Shown here: positions 1-14,100 of the stretch, one piece after another
Layout of the letters: each line of letters starts with the position of its first letter
Position numbering within the stretch: the first letter of the stretch is position 1
Source: Ylistrum balloti
Lineage: Eukaryota
Assembly: GCF_031769215.1 (NCBI RefSeq)
Contig: NW_026781979.1
Span: forward strand, 1,178,001 to 1,242,000
Direction of reading: 5' to 3'
DNA: 64,000 nt
The notes under the pieces: generated by a model
Seen by the model: the letters and a program-made list of their open reading frames with translations, nothing else
Databases searched by the model: none
What the model was told of the DNA's origin: nothing
Position numbers and translations under genes: made by a program

Positions 1-78
1 CTCGAAAGGTTACACTGAGAAGGGTCTGTTGTCTGTGGACCGCATATGGTTGTCAACAATATTCGACCTATGGTACAT

Positions 79-523
79 GATATTCTTCATAACGGGAACT
101 TGATTATGTTTCCCGTTGAACAATTTTATCTTTAAAACAAAATTTTTTATCATTCAAATCGAGTTTCTTTGCTGATTATTTTGCATGAAGTAGGTGGTTT
201 CGCTCGCTATCAAATGACGAGTGCCCCACCACTATGGTGACTATGAAGCGGTCAGGATGTAGGATGCCCTACGTATCCTGATCGCTTGGTTATCGCCAGC
301 AGATATTCTTCATAACGGGAACTTGATTATGTTTCCCGTTGAACAATTTTATCTTTAAAACAAAATTTTTTATCATTCAAATCGAGTTTCTTTGCTGATT
401 ATTTTGCATGAAGTAGGTGGTTTCGCTCGCTATCAAATGACGAGTGCCCCACCACTATGGTGACTATGAAGCGGTCAGGATGTAGGATGCCCTACGTATC
501 CTGATCGCTTGGTTATCGCCAGC
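79..523. repeat. Two apparently identical tandem copies of a 223-bp unit (79-300, 302-523)
   Basis: GATATTCTTCATAACGGG starts at 79 and 302, and both copies end in TTATCGCCAGC (300, 523). Each copy holds a short hairpin AACGGGAA...TTCCCGTT. Confidence 0.95.
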
Positions 524-1229
524 TGAAACTCCTCATAGCTGTATATAACAAGTGACTTCATTATTTGCAATAACTGAGATAATCTTTTTCTCTATTTTAG
601 CAACCTGTAGTTTCTAACTCTTGTCATACAAAGGAATTAAAAAATACGTCTAATATATTGCGCTAATTCACCGTGCACTTTTTATAACCAAACTGTATAA
701 AAACACAACATCGGCTTGTTATCCCGCGAATTTGCCCGTGTATTCCTTTGGTATATTTGTCACTTGTGTAATATACACTGTGAGCGTTTTTCATTGGTCG
801 CTACAGAAATGATTTATGATGCCATTATATCGACAATGGCGTTACCCTATGAACTAAAATAGCAAAACAAAATAGCTACCAACGTTGAATTTTGTCCTTC
901 ACATTTTGACTTTAAAACATGTTTTGCTCGCCCATTCTAAAATGTTTTGTTTCATAAGATATGAGCTTATGTCTAAATGAAGTATCTATTATCTAAAGAC
1001 ATACGAGTTGCAGGTAGTGGGATCAAATGTTTAACTCGTATCCTCCGTGTTACAGTTTCAATCACTGATTTAAACTTCGTTGTAGGAAACCTGTTGGTGC
1101 AGATGATTCATTAATAAAAAAACAAAAAGTAATTGATATCACAAAAAGGTATTTAGGAAATCCGTTGTTCTCTCTCTTACAATGAGATATTCCTAGCTAC
1201 GATTATTGACTGCCACATACTCAGAGTTT

Positions 1230-2345
1230 CATAAACTCAAACATATCAACATAATCAAAATCCAAACTCAAAGTCAATAAAACTAGGGCAAAACAAAAGA
1301 AAGATTTATACGGAGAATTACGAAGTACAAGGATAATAAGACCATATGTTCCGGAGGAGTAAGCGCCTTCTGCTTCACTGACCACACCCCCCATGTGAAA
1401 CTTGGTCAATCCAAATAAGTAATGCCACTTTTTTCAAATAAGAAAACACGAGCTTCATACCTCAAAGACAAAACGGAATATTTCACAATGAGATCCCTAT
1501 GACGACCGTAAAACTTCCGCATAATTTTACCAATCTGGTAAATCGTGGTAGTGAGAACACGCTCTTGAATATCAAATCAATTGCGACATGTAAACACCAT
1601 AGGCTTGGGAGGTTGCTATCCACAAATAGAAAATTCACGGCAGGAAAATTCAAAATCACCACATTTATCAAACGAAAGCTGTTCATGTTGGTATCGTTGT
1701 AGGAAAATATCTGGATAATCGCTTGACGTAGAAGAGAAAACAAGACGTCATCAATAAATTTAAAAGTGAAATTAGACGACTTCGTCAGGTCTTTCCGACC
1801 TGGTTTGATAAGCTTTTCAAAACGATTCAGCAAGTCAGTCGGCAAAGGAGCACAGTTAGTTACCAGGCCGATAGTCTATTGAAAGATCTTACCACCAAAC
1901 TAATTTTTACGATTTCGTCCTTCGTATATTTCTTCTTTGATTTGGGCATATCTTTCTCTCTTTTAACGAAATACGCTTCATTATAGCTCACAACCATATA
2001 TCCATACCGCCGTTCGCCTTTCTTGGAGAAGAAAGTTCTCGTAACAAGAGAATGAATACGTCCTTTCAGTTTTGAATGGGATGGGAAAAACAAACGATTT
2101 TCTAAAAGAAACGTTTTAATAAGAGTGTGTTGAAGATTGGTCACAGTATTACAATAAGATTATAACCCAAATTTGATAGTACTAATGGTTGCGAGCTGTT
2201 TTCACAAAGGCTTGGTTGAACAGCTAGACAAGTCAGAAATAAAACGTTGCTAACATTGATTATTTTGAAGCTTAGGAATCAAATATAAATGGGGGAGGTC
2301 CGTATCATTATCAGGCAGTCTAAATAGTTGTAGTACCGAAGCGTT
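1230..2345 (-). mobile_element. Degenerate, 5'-truncated Penelope-like (PLE) reverse-transcriptase retroelement, copy 1 (boundaries approximate)
   Basis: Minus-strand translation across stops and frameshifts gives DLPHLYLIPKL, SCSTKPL, PSHSKLKGRI..KKGERRYGY, FGGKIFQ*TIGLVTNCAPLPTDL, SSNFTFKFIDDV (catalytic box) and LNFPAVNFLFVDSNLP. These match the abundant bivalve PLE-RT type (WIPKLHK, TNCAPLLADL, FRYIDD) as I recall it. The 3' non-coding tail recurs at three other sites in the window. Confidence 0.85.
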
Positions 2346-3573
2346 TTTGTTAAGCCATTATTTCATCTTTGCAGCAATTGCATATTGCATAGGTGGGGTT
2401 TCCTTCGTTATCAAGCAAGCCTCGTTGTTCTGTTACACACAAAACCAAGTCTCTCCGTAACAGATAAGACTTTACTAGATATTCCAAGAAATCCTTTTCA
2501 TATGTAAACTCACATATAGTAAAAGCTGGAAATACAAAATAACAGATATTCAAATGACTGAGTACAAAATGTGGATTTCAGTACTCTCAGTACTTTGATT
2601 AGACGTGAAAATTTAACCAAAATGTTTCAAATTCAATGTTATACATAAAGACTAACTATACTTGTACTGTCATGACTGACGGACTGCAAGACACCAAATG
2701 ATAATGAATACCATGGTATTTCTCACAATAATAAGAGCGAAAATTAGAACAACGACGTGTTCTCGTTGTGGAGACAATTAACGTTGGAATCTCAAATTCC
2801 ACAATTACACTCCTGTAATTTCATAAAAACAACAAAGTATTTAATACATTACATGATGCAGTAATTTGCAGTAAACTAACCTACGATAGGCCATACAGAT
2901 GTTTTGAGTTAAACACAAATCTGATTTCGATTGAAATGGGACAAATATATGGTCGACATCAAGTATCTATACACTCGTATAAAATCCCAGAATGTTATTA
3001 TTTGTATCACTTACACTGTGTGGATCTCCATGAGTGTGAAACTTGGTGAAATGTATAGTACCGTGCTTTCGGTTTACAGTTCTTCTGAGAACCTGCCAAG
3101 GGCGATAACTCTAAAACTATTGACTACCCAGTAGGGCTTATAGGTGTCACAACACTATGCAAATCCTATATAAAGACAGCACACTCGTTCTTTTTGTTTG
3201 CAGAAAATTGTAATAATCTTTGCTGGTAAGGATTAAATTATAGGACGCCTTATCTCCAGGACAATAACATACCTGTAATGTCAGTTTTGAAGTGTGGATT
3301 TAGATCGAGGAAAACTTGACTGTGTTTTGTTCATATTTCAAGCTTCACAGAGTGTATAACACATTTCTGTTATAAATGTTTGCTATTTGCATTAGTAGTC
3401 GGCTTACAGTCAATAAACAATTCAACACAAGTGTTAATACACAGAACTGTTTAATAGGGGTAAAGACGTGTGCACTGTATCAACCATGACGTGTGAGAGC
3501 GGAGAGTAAAACAAAGAGGTGACAATAACTAAGAAGCATATAGTAACGGAACAGACGACACTGATTTCACGTT

Positions 3574-5959
3574 CTAGTCCTTAGGCATCACTGGTGCCCA
3601 AAAAGTCACTCTATCTTTGTACAATGCCTCCTCAACACTTATCGTCGCGTTCAGACTTATATAACGACGACCTTGGACATCGTATTCTGGCCATTGGACT
3701 TTCACAGGCAATCCGTTGTTAGGGTTTCTGCAACCGTAAAGAAAAACCAATATTAAGTCAACGAAATATGTCATATTGTTGTGGAACAAAGTCGCCTTCA
3801 GGTAAATGCAGTTATCTTCATTTATGGCAATTCTTTAGAGAGGAAGTATAACCAAAGACATTTTTAATTATGATGATACATTCAATAAGGACATATTCAA
3901 CAGAAGCTGTTTCAATCTGTTAGTGGACACTTCTTAACTCCAACTTAAGGAACAATGTAAAATTCTTAAACAAAAAGACCTCCATGAAAAGGCCAATTAT
4001 GAATTCGTATGCAAAAATGTCTTAGGAGAAAAAAATGTAATGTGAGCTTTATTTCTTTAACAATATTTTCGAAACAAGTTAGTTCAACTGATAACAATCA
4101 CTCTTGTTTCACCAAATGTAAGCGCGCGTGGGTACTATGGAAGGAAACCGGAGGACCCGTGGAAACCATACTTGGTCGGGCAATTGATTCCCTATCTTTT
4201 CATGTATGTTCGGGGAGTGTTTGAACACTATCTGCAAATTGCATATTGTCCTTCATGGGACCGATACCAAGTGTTTTGTTCTCGACCTTTTTATGATCCT
4301 TACCTTTCAAGCAGTTTCTATTGTACTTTCGGACAGTGTCAACAGCTTTCTTATTTTCTGCATTCGACTTGTCAATGTCATGACAACCTTGATCAGTAGG
4401 ACTTACCCGTTTCTTGCAAAGTTGGACCAGTACGACATCATCTGTTCTGCTAGGTTTCTATCTGGAGAGACGATATCTGGATTCCTCTCAATCCCAAACA
4501 AATACGCAACTTCTCCTGCATGTCCCGCTCCACTAAACCAGTTCGGGTAAGGCCAACCGAAGCCAAATCTGCTCATTCGAGACATCAACCACTGATAAGT
4601 ACTACCAGCGCCACCAACATGTGCGTTCAGTGTCAACACTCCAGGTGTAAAAAAGTTAACGTCACTATAAAAGTCAACTGCAAGACGACTCTGTTCGACA
4701 CCGTCCCCGCTCGTCGACTTATACCTGGCACAGGCAACATTTCTCAGGGTTCGGTTGTTATGGAAATACTCCTTTATAAAGGTTTCGATGATATTTTCAC
4801 ACAATATTTTGTAGGGAATACCATCTGATAAGTTGAAATTATGTGATTGTTGAAAAGAATAAAGCGGTTCTTGGAAAATCAGAGACCCTTCTGAATTCAC
4901 GTCACCGTCTACAAAATCAAGGGATCGGAAAAACTGCATTCCTGGACTGGACGGATCATTCAAGATTTTTGCAGGAAGATCCATGATAAATTCACCGTCT
5001 ACAATGGGTGCTAATGGTATTGCATAGTGAAGCTGATGTACGTCACTAAATGTAATGTTCGCAATCCTTACTGAAGCCTCCAGTAGTTCTTCAGCACTCT
5101 TCTTTCTCATGCATTCTAAAAACCTGACACTATTTGCAACATCAAGACATTTAAGAATAATACCGGTCCCAACCTGTGATACTTTCGCAAAGCCAGTTTC
5201 TGCAACGGCCCATAATGAGTTAGCCGTGCCACTATGAGCCATTGCCCTTTTAAACAGACCCTTGTTGATTGGCGATATAGAATGAATGGCGACACTAGAG
5301 CCACCTGCCGATTCTCCAAAGATTGTAATAAGTTCAGGATCGCCACCAAATGCCTTAATATTGTCTTTGGTCCACTGCATAGCTAGTCGCTGGTCCCACA
5401 AACCGAAGTTTCCAGGGCAATGGCTGTCAGCTGTCGTGAGAAAGCCCCACATACCTAGCCGGTAATTTATGGTAACAACAATTTGGTCTCCGTGGATTGA
5501 AAGGTATGAGCCGTCGTAGAACATACCCGTGCCTTCCACATAGGCCCCGCCGTGGATGTAAAACATCACGGGCTTCTTGCTGCTTTCTGTCGTATTAGGT
5601 GGTACGTACACATTCAGCACTAAACAGTCTTCAGATAATATTCTGTTTGGTAGTAGCGGGCTGTTTGGATTACTTATAGTCTGCATACAGTTCGGTCCGA
5701 AATATGTGGCATTTAAAGTGTTTGTCCAGGGCTCAATCGGTTGTGGCTTGGCAAATCGCAGGTCACCAACAGGAGGTTTGGCATAAGGAATTCGACGGAA
5801 TTGGTACACAAAGTTTTGTAATATTTCTATGTCAACCTTTAGACCCATTATCTTCCCAGACGGTGTTACGATAGTCTTTGTATCCATGCATCTTGTCATT
5901 GTTGACGCGATGGCAAGTACACATATCACTTGCAACAACCATCTTACGGCAATCGTCAT
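3574..5959 (-). CDS. Type-B carboxylesterase (COesterase family), paralog A; exons 5959-4407 and 3727-3574; 568 aa; signal peptide, probably secreted
   Basis: Motifs IPYAKPPVGDLRF, SEDCL, IHGGAY, NYRLG, GNFGLWDQ, FGESAGG (nucleophile Ser), NSEG (acid) and GHAGE (His). An acceptor TTCCAG lies just upstream of the ATG at 5959. The phase-2 intron AACGG|GTAAGT...TGCAG|AAACCCT gives FARNG-NPNN. CDS is 1553+154=1707 nt. Confidence 0.93.
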
Positions 5960-8900
5960 TCTTCTGGAAGAGAACAAAATGGTTTTAGTTTTTCAATGAC
6001 ATAGACTTGCAGAAATGTGTTTTTTTATAATATTGTTTGAGCTGAAGACAAATTAGAAGAAAACTTTAAAAATAACCTAACAAGCTGGTAAATGTAGTGG
6101 ATAATCGTCCCCCTTTTTCTTAAAGTATTATTCAAAAGTTTCTATTTTGGACAACATGTGACATTGCATGAAAATGAACAAATTGAGAAGAGATGGGGTA
6201 CGCCTTTTACAAAGATTAAGCCTTTATAATGCCGTGGTCTTCTGTTATGATATCGGATTTATCAAACGCGTCAAATTCTGGGCCACGTAAACATTCGCTA
6301 TCTTGTGATAAGTATTTCAGATAACTATTGTTAAGCATGTTTTATCTTAACAGATTAAATAAGCGATTACGAGAAATTTGTAAATTATTTAAGAAAATCA
6401 ATTCGCGTAGCAGAAATTGATTGTGTTGAAAGCTGTTTGATCTGATCATCTGTATGCTACCTACATTTTGCGGTTTTGATAATATTCTTTGACATTTCTT
6501 CACAGAAAAAGGAAACAAAACAAAATGTGCCGTTGTGATAAAGTTAAAAAATCAATACCATTAAGCATGCAAACTACCTAGTGTCGCTGATCGTATATGA
6601 CTTCTCCACGAAATTCATAATCAATGAGGGTAATGTATGCTGTCTAGCTCAAGTTTCTTTCTAAACTTTTCAAGCTTACTCAGTGTTATCTTTGTGGGTG
6701 AATATTTGTGTTCTTTGGATGGCCTTGTTACTTTAAACAAATTTGTTTCTTTTATAAATAATAGTACGCAAGCATTGCCATTATACTTCGTGTTCATTCT
6801 TAATGTTTTGCATTTACTTTGAACTCCACATGCTTAACTTACATATCGTTATATCATTAATTCTCCTGACATATCGATGTTACTTACTATGACACTGATG
6901 TTAATACACTTAATTGAGTGCATTATGTTATCGCGAATGACGAATTTGTTAAAAAGAAAGAAAAGCTGATAGAAAGGAGTTAAAGGTAGAACGACAGATT
7001 CTTTTTTAATAATAAAAATCTATATTTGATAGTATAGACCCAAAATATACTATTTTCTCATAATTTCACTGGATTTGTGTATTGCTTTATCACTTCTTGA
7101 CAATACGTTTTCTTTACATATTTTTTATCTCATTACATTTCTGATATAATATTTATGACAATCACTGGTATAAAGAATCACCTGACGACGCCTTACTTAC
7201 CACGAATAGCAGTAGTCACCAACAGCCAGTGCCTCGTTGTCTGAATGGAAATGCCTATCACAGGTAGATAACCCGATTGTGTAAACACATCTGCAGTGAC
7301 GATTTGTTTCAGTGTCCTTCATCTTTTGCTGTATGTGCTTCGATATTGATATCATAAGATGTAAGTTTTTGTTCCTTTTAGTACTGTTCCTTTGGTCTAC
7401 TTTAAACATTAAAGTTAGGTTAAAGCTTGTTAAAGAAAAAATATGAAAGTGACAATTTTTTCGACACAAGAACACTGATTGTTTTTAGAGATATATGTTT
7501 CCCTGCAGCGGTATGCACTTTCCACAGGTGTCTTTACGCAACATGGAAAATAAAATATACACTCTTCTTAACATTTAAATAGAATTCACCATAACAATTG
7601 TTAAACATCTATGTATATAGGTATGTGATGTGTATATGATTGTGAGTAACTTGGTAGCGACGTATTCATCATGCAAAGTGATAAATTGAAAATCAGTCTG
7701 ATCACTATATGATAAATATCATATACGGTATGCGTTAATATAATCACTATGGAAAAAGAATTGTATATCACAGTTGAGGTTACATCGTATCTATACTAAT
7801 ATTTTCCTACAAAAGCACTCTCCCTTGAAATTGAATTGGTACTAAAGCGGTATTGCGGTTTCCTGATTGACAACATAAGGTTTCGCCAAGTTCTCCGTTT
7901 GTCCTCCCTATTATGATACTTTCCTCGCATTCCAGCCTGAAATAATTGTATTATACAAGAAAGTTTCTAATCAATTCAAGATTTGTTTGTAAAGACTGAA
8001 TTTGAATCTACGGCTCCAAATAATTATAAACCGTATGTAATAATTTGCAAATAAATCAATAAATAATATTGAAAACTTGAAATATGAGAAACACTGTAAT
8101 CATTGACACGTTTAATAATAACATACACAAATGTTATATTTATATATTTATATGATAAGAAGTTTACGATCATCTTTGACCTTATTAACAGCCTGCCTGA
8201 ACACGATTTATCACACAGTAATAAAATAGCATTATTCATAACTAAAACAAACATCCTTCATTATCACCACTTACTTCTGTTCGAAAACAACACCGAAAAT
8301 ATCGACATTTAAAAGAATTAGAATTGAAACATCAAACTGAAGCAACTAGGGCAAAATAAGAACAGGGTATTCCGAGTAGATGTTGAATGCTTCCTTTGTT
8401 GATATATTTTCGATTGTACATCTCTACATTGAAATCGGTGATTTATACAAGTATATGTTTCAATGCAAAATAAAACACAAGAATTGTAAGTAAGCTTTTA
8501 CTGTTTCGGATATTTATATCAAATTGATTAATGTAAGCTTTGAAAGTTGCGATAACAGAGAACGTATGCAAATGAACGTATTGTGATCGGTCAGTAGCTA
8601 CGTACAAACAAACCAAGAATACAGGACTCCGGGTCAAAATTCTTGTTTACATTTAAAATTATATACTTATTCTCTATCCGTCATGCTGATTAATTAAAGT
8701 TATCTTCACCTCTTAGTTTTTGATTGATGATAAGGAAGTATAACGATGTAAGTAAACGGAAAATACCCGAAATATTCTTCCCTATTTACGTGTACATAAT
8801 GCTGAAAGGAGAGTTGTTAAATCACTTAAGCAGTGTGATACCTTTCATGTCTCAGGGGAGCAAGTCAGTGAGCAGATAGGCACACGCAAATGTAACCACG

Positions 8901-11900
8901 TGTGTCTACGGAGGCAGATAAACTTCCACTAGCTTACTGTCGATCAAACACCAGGCAACACACTGATTGAAAATACGAATGTCCTCAGACGGTTTGTTAT
9001 GTCATGGTTCATGTACCATATATACACTAGAATTGAGGCGTTAGGTGGATTCACATACATATACCATGTGTATTGGCATATTGTAAAATCCTATGTGCTG
9101 CAATATTGAAAGTTCATGTGTACTGTTATAATATTGTAGCATGACGAGTATTGTCATATAGTCTGATCATGTGTACTATAATATTGTCTGATCACTTGTA
9201 TTGTCGTATTGTATTATTACGTGCAATATATTGTAAAAACAATCGCACGTACTGCCATGTTGTACCATTATTTGTATTTCCAGATTATATGATCACGTGC
9301 ACACTGCTATGGTTTAACATCACGTGTACTATCCTGTTGAATGATGCATGTGTGGTAGAGTTGATAATAAGTTTTAAGATCTGTACATAAACGTGTAAAT
9401 ACCTAATATTGTCGGTGTTTAGTTTTCATGATCAAGATCACTGCTGCATTGCTGTTATTGTCTTGCCAAGTGATTCTCTTGTGCATGGTCAATGATATTT
9501 ATATTTTCATCTCTAAATGCTGGATCTTTTCTTTTTTATTATTATTTTAACTTTTCAAAGCTCAGTTTAATATAGTAAATGTTATGATCGTTATCGTCAT
9601 TGTTAAATATTACAGTTGTAATATTGAGTGCTATGTACACGCACCATCTAAAATTCGGGCTAGTTGATATTATGGAATACCAAGGAGTAATCCCTTACAT
9701 AGATGGCGTTTCCTGATAAAGTACCAACTCTGGCAGTAGAGCTATAGATTTTGTGTAAATCAATACGTGAAGAAGCAATACAGACATGACCAGGGGTGTA
9801 GTAATATCACAGTTACTTAATTAAGTCGAGCGAATGTTTGACTTGGGCCTAAAATGCATACACCGACAAGATTACAAAACAAGATGAAAATGAAATAAGA
9901 TAAAAACACACGCGAGGGAAGATAGATGAGAGGCACAGCTTCCTCACCAATCTCACCTAGCGGTATTGGGTTAGACGTGATATACTTATTATAGATAGCT
10001 GGGTTCTCCCAGCGCATACTTCATCAGTAGAGATAAAATACATCAGATGTGTGATTTTGTTGAAACATGAATACATTACACCTTCAAAAATATTTTACGA
10101 GTGCTCACTACTGTTTAAATAATGAAATGTCACTAATGACAGATTCCAATGAAAGATTTATATCTTTACGTAAATACATCAGAAAGTTGTCTTCGCACTG
10201 GATTATAACACATACTTTTCATCAAAGACAGACGGAGCGATACTTGATTAAATTGAGGTTGATCTGATAAACCACTTCTCTACCGAGTAGCCGACAATTT
10301 ATTAACCTATACTACTTGATAATAAACGAAACGATAGATTTTCATAGAAAAGTACATGTTAATGCGAAGAGGAAATCACACACATTTTCGGCATCATTTT
10401 AGTTTGGCGTCAAAACATCCAGATGCAAATGTCCTCACATTTTGCATCTGAATTTTATACAAGTGTAGTGTTCTCATTGGACACTACATCTGTTACACAT
10501 ATATAGTAGGAAAATACAATCGTGTTTCGCACTTGTAAAACTTTTACATTTCATAGCATAGACAGCGTGAAAATGACGAAGGAAAGCTTAAGCTCACATA
10601 AGACTTTAAAGGCATTGTAAAGGATGTTATGAGGTTGAGTACTTGAGGTGTACATCACTGTCTTAAATAATTTACTGTATGAACAATGTCACAGGATTTA
10701 TAACATCACATTTCATTGACCCATTATGATGATTTTGTACACCTAAATCGTTTCTGGTCATTGCTCAGTATGTTATTGTCTGTTTCCAATGAGTATGATA
10801 TTTCTTTATCCAAACTTAATGTATGATAAAGATATATCATTACGATTCAAATATCATATTCAATAGTGGACCGATTCTGATACTAATATAATCATATGTA
10901 CGATGGATGGGGTAACCCTGGGTGATCGAGTCTCCTTTTATTCAACGCATGTATATGACAAGCAAATGACTTGTAATTTGAGCACAAATTCTAATATAAA
11001 GAAATTGAAGTGGCGTTTTAAAAAGTACATAATAATAAATTAGTGCAATCTATCGAAAATTTATATCAAGCTAGCGACTTGTTTATCATCGTACTCGTCT
11101 ACCAATGAACAAACAAAAATAATTACTTACACAAGAAAAAATTTCATTAATTTTAGACATTGACTGAAAAACAAAGGATAATATTTGTGGCAAACACTAC
11201 AATTGCAAAGTAATCAAACATAAATAACGATCTTTAATGAAATGTACAATTCATATATAATGTGCTTGACGGATTTGTATAAAAAAAAACCGCATTGCAC
11301 AAAAGAAGTGTATATACAAATTCACACACTCGCGCTTAAATGTACCTATATCATTCGTGTCAGAGAGTAGGTGTATTTATCCTATGATCTGTCGAAACAT
11401 TGTGACATTTAAAATGATTTTTGTGTTTTGGCTTTTGGTTAATATTCAAAATTTAGGGCACAAATTTAGCTTATTATATATAATTAGTATCTGGTTGGTG
11501 TCTACATCGGTATATAAATAAGACAAAATTCAGAAACGTGTGATCTTGCAAGTATTATAAGTAATATGCTTCATTTCACAAAATGTATATTTATATATGT
11601 TCTTTGTCCGAAATAAAGGGTATATTATATTCACAAGGTCCTGTAGGTCCTGTAAGTCCTGTAAGGTAGCATTTCCTAATCAAACTCTGAACTGTATTAT
11701 TTGCCTACTTGTACCTTCAGTACTAATATTTATCACCATCATCATTCAGTATCAGTGTATGATCATAATGATTGTATAATACTTTATTTACTGAGTTTGA
11801 CCTTCTCTACTATTGACAGGTTAGTTTGAGGATAATTTCAATATGAATTTTATCTTGCGTTTTGGAAAACTGTTACAGTTAGAAAATGGATATTATGGAA

Positions 11901-12127
11901 ATGCACAATAATAAATGAATGTCAACATTTTGAAATTAAATTTGAACATGATCCTGAGTCATTCAAATACCCACAAGGTGTTTTGTTGACCCTTAAACAA
12001 ACAAATCAATCACACATCTAACACATTACGACAAACACACTGTAGCTATCTTCCGATTTCAGATTATAGTAGAATAGGTTTTTTCACACATTATGATAGC
12101 CGTCACGCTAAATTTACCACTTGACAT

Positions 12128-14100
12128 TCAACGACTACGGAATAATAGCTGGAGAATTAGCATAATGATTAAAGTCCATTTGGCTGTAGCTAGGGATGTA
12201 GTTCCGTCTGTGACGTAAGTGCTTGCTATCAGTGGTAAATCTTTCTCCCAGAATTTCACTCGATCTCGGAACATGTTGGTCTGTTGGGTGATGGATGATA
12301 CTGCCAGGTCAATATAAGTACGGTTTACTGAATCATACTCCGGCCAGACTGTACTCTCCTCTTCTCCCGTGTTAGGGTCTCTGTAATACAATTCAAAATC
12401 AATGTATACTCATGTTCGCATATTGCTGTGAATTTACTTTAAATAATTTACAATGGTGTTTTTTTTACCTTGAAGCGTACCGACATTAAATAAATGATAA
12501 AGCCCTATGCAAAGATTAAAATAGATACAATATATATAACACATGTTTACCCGTATTTGGCGAAGTTAGCCCAGTAGGTTCTAAACTGTTTTACAAAGTT
12601 GTTGGTAGACGTGGAAATGCTGATGTTCAATTGCTGAAGCTCTTCTTTACCGAATAGGAACACTAAATCTGCTCCGTGTTCGGAACCATGAAACCAAGTT
12701 GGCAGTGCTTTTCCAGATATGGGGACAGGACTTGGTTCACTGAACAGGTACTGGAAAGATTGACTGACTTTATTGTTTAAGGAATGTATATCCAATGTCT
12801 TAATCATTGGCATATAAAAGAACACATCACCATACATGTCCACGACTTTTCTTCCTTGGACTCTTTTGTCACTTGAACCATACTTGTCGACAATTGCCTT
12901 TCGAACATTGCTATGGTTATTGTATATGTTTTCCGTAACAACGCGGGCAAAATAGGTACGAAATAAAGATATTGGTACACCTTCACTAGTATTAAAGGAG
13001 TAAATATCTTCCATAGGTGGCAACAAAAAGCTCGGGATCAGAGATCCTTCTGCACTGACACAGCCAGCAATTATGTCCAGAGACTGGAAAAACTTGTACA
13101 CGTCAGAAGAGGTGTTCGTCACAGCCACGGCAGGGTTAGTTTTAATAAGGTCACCATCAATGACGGGGGCTAGTGGCGGAGTGAATAAACTATCAGCGGC
13201 AAGATATCCTACATTAATTGCGCTTTTCTGTGCTTGCAAGATACGATCAGTTGGAATATTCCGGACACAATCAAGCATGAGTTGTGAGGATATTAAATTT
13301 TTACATTTAGCCAAGAAGCTAAAGGTGATGGCAAAGCCTTTCGGATTTCTTCTGAGTGCATAGGAAGAGTTATATGTACCGCTCTGCATGATCACTCGAT
13401 GGAACAAACCTTTGTTCTCTGGTATGAGCGAGAGAAGTGAGACACTAAACCCTCCAGCGGATTCACCGAAGATCGTGACAGAATTTGGATTTCCACCATA
13501 AGATCTTATATTATTTTTCACCCATTTAAGTGCCTCGATTTGATCCCAAAGACCATAGTTTCCTCTGGCTACAGGATCACCTGTGCTGAAGAAACCAAGA
13601 ACACCAAGTCGGTAATTCGCGGCAACCACAATTACGTCACCATCCAAAGCCAGCCCTGAGCCATCGTATAATTGGGCCTGGCCATTTACGTATCCACCAC
13701 CATGAAAAAATACCATAACACTTTTGTTAGTTGTCGGAGCGAACCCTCCAGAGGTGTACACATTGAGATGTAGACAGTCCTCCGAAATATCCTTGTTTGT
13801 GAGGACAACCTTCAAATGTGTGGGAATGTCTTGTATGCAGGACGGTCCGTGTTCAGTGCTGTCAAGTATGCTGCTCCACCTTTCTACGGGTACCGGCTTC
13901 TTGAACCGTAGTTCTCTCACTGGTGGCTTTGCATACGGAATTTTGAGGAATTCATAGACTGTACCTTCTGTCCCAACACTTACTTGTCGGCCAGTTACTT
14001 TTCCTAAAGGTGTATCTAGGGTATGATACTGGACGGGTGACACTTGGCATGAAAACAGAGTCAACACTATAAGGATGCACAGGCGGACTGACAAGGCCAT
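12128..14100 (-). CDS. Type-B carboxylesterase, paralog B; exons 14100-12551 and 12380-12128; 600 aa; signal peptide plus hydrophobic C-terminal tail
   Basis: Motifs IPYAKPP, SEDCL, FHGGGY, NYRLG, GNYGLWDQ, FGESAGG, SAEG and EHGAD. The phase-2 intron TACGG|GTAAAC...TTACAG|AGACCCT gives FAKYG-DPN. CDS is 1550+253=1803 nt and ends WTLIIMLILQLLFRSR*. Confidence 0.93.

Noticed and set aside
4009-5786. Plus-strand and alternative-frame ORFs overlapping carboxylesterase A (likewise 13073-13957, 25044-25586, 29765-30034, 38773-39030, 39652-40029)
   Set aside because: Antisense or off-frame shadows of real exons, with no motifs.
9985-10030. Hammerhead-like motif on the minus strand (CTGATGA followed by a GCTGGG-AGAA-CCCAGC hairpin)
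   Set aside because: The required GAAA core after stem II is absent (ATAA), and I found no stems I/III.
3574-14100. Calling the esterases acetylcholinesterase or neuroligin
   Set aside because: They lack the choline-site Trp and FGESAG-flanking AChE signatures, and the intact catalytic triad excludes neuroligin.
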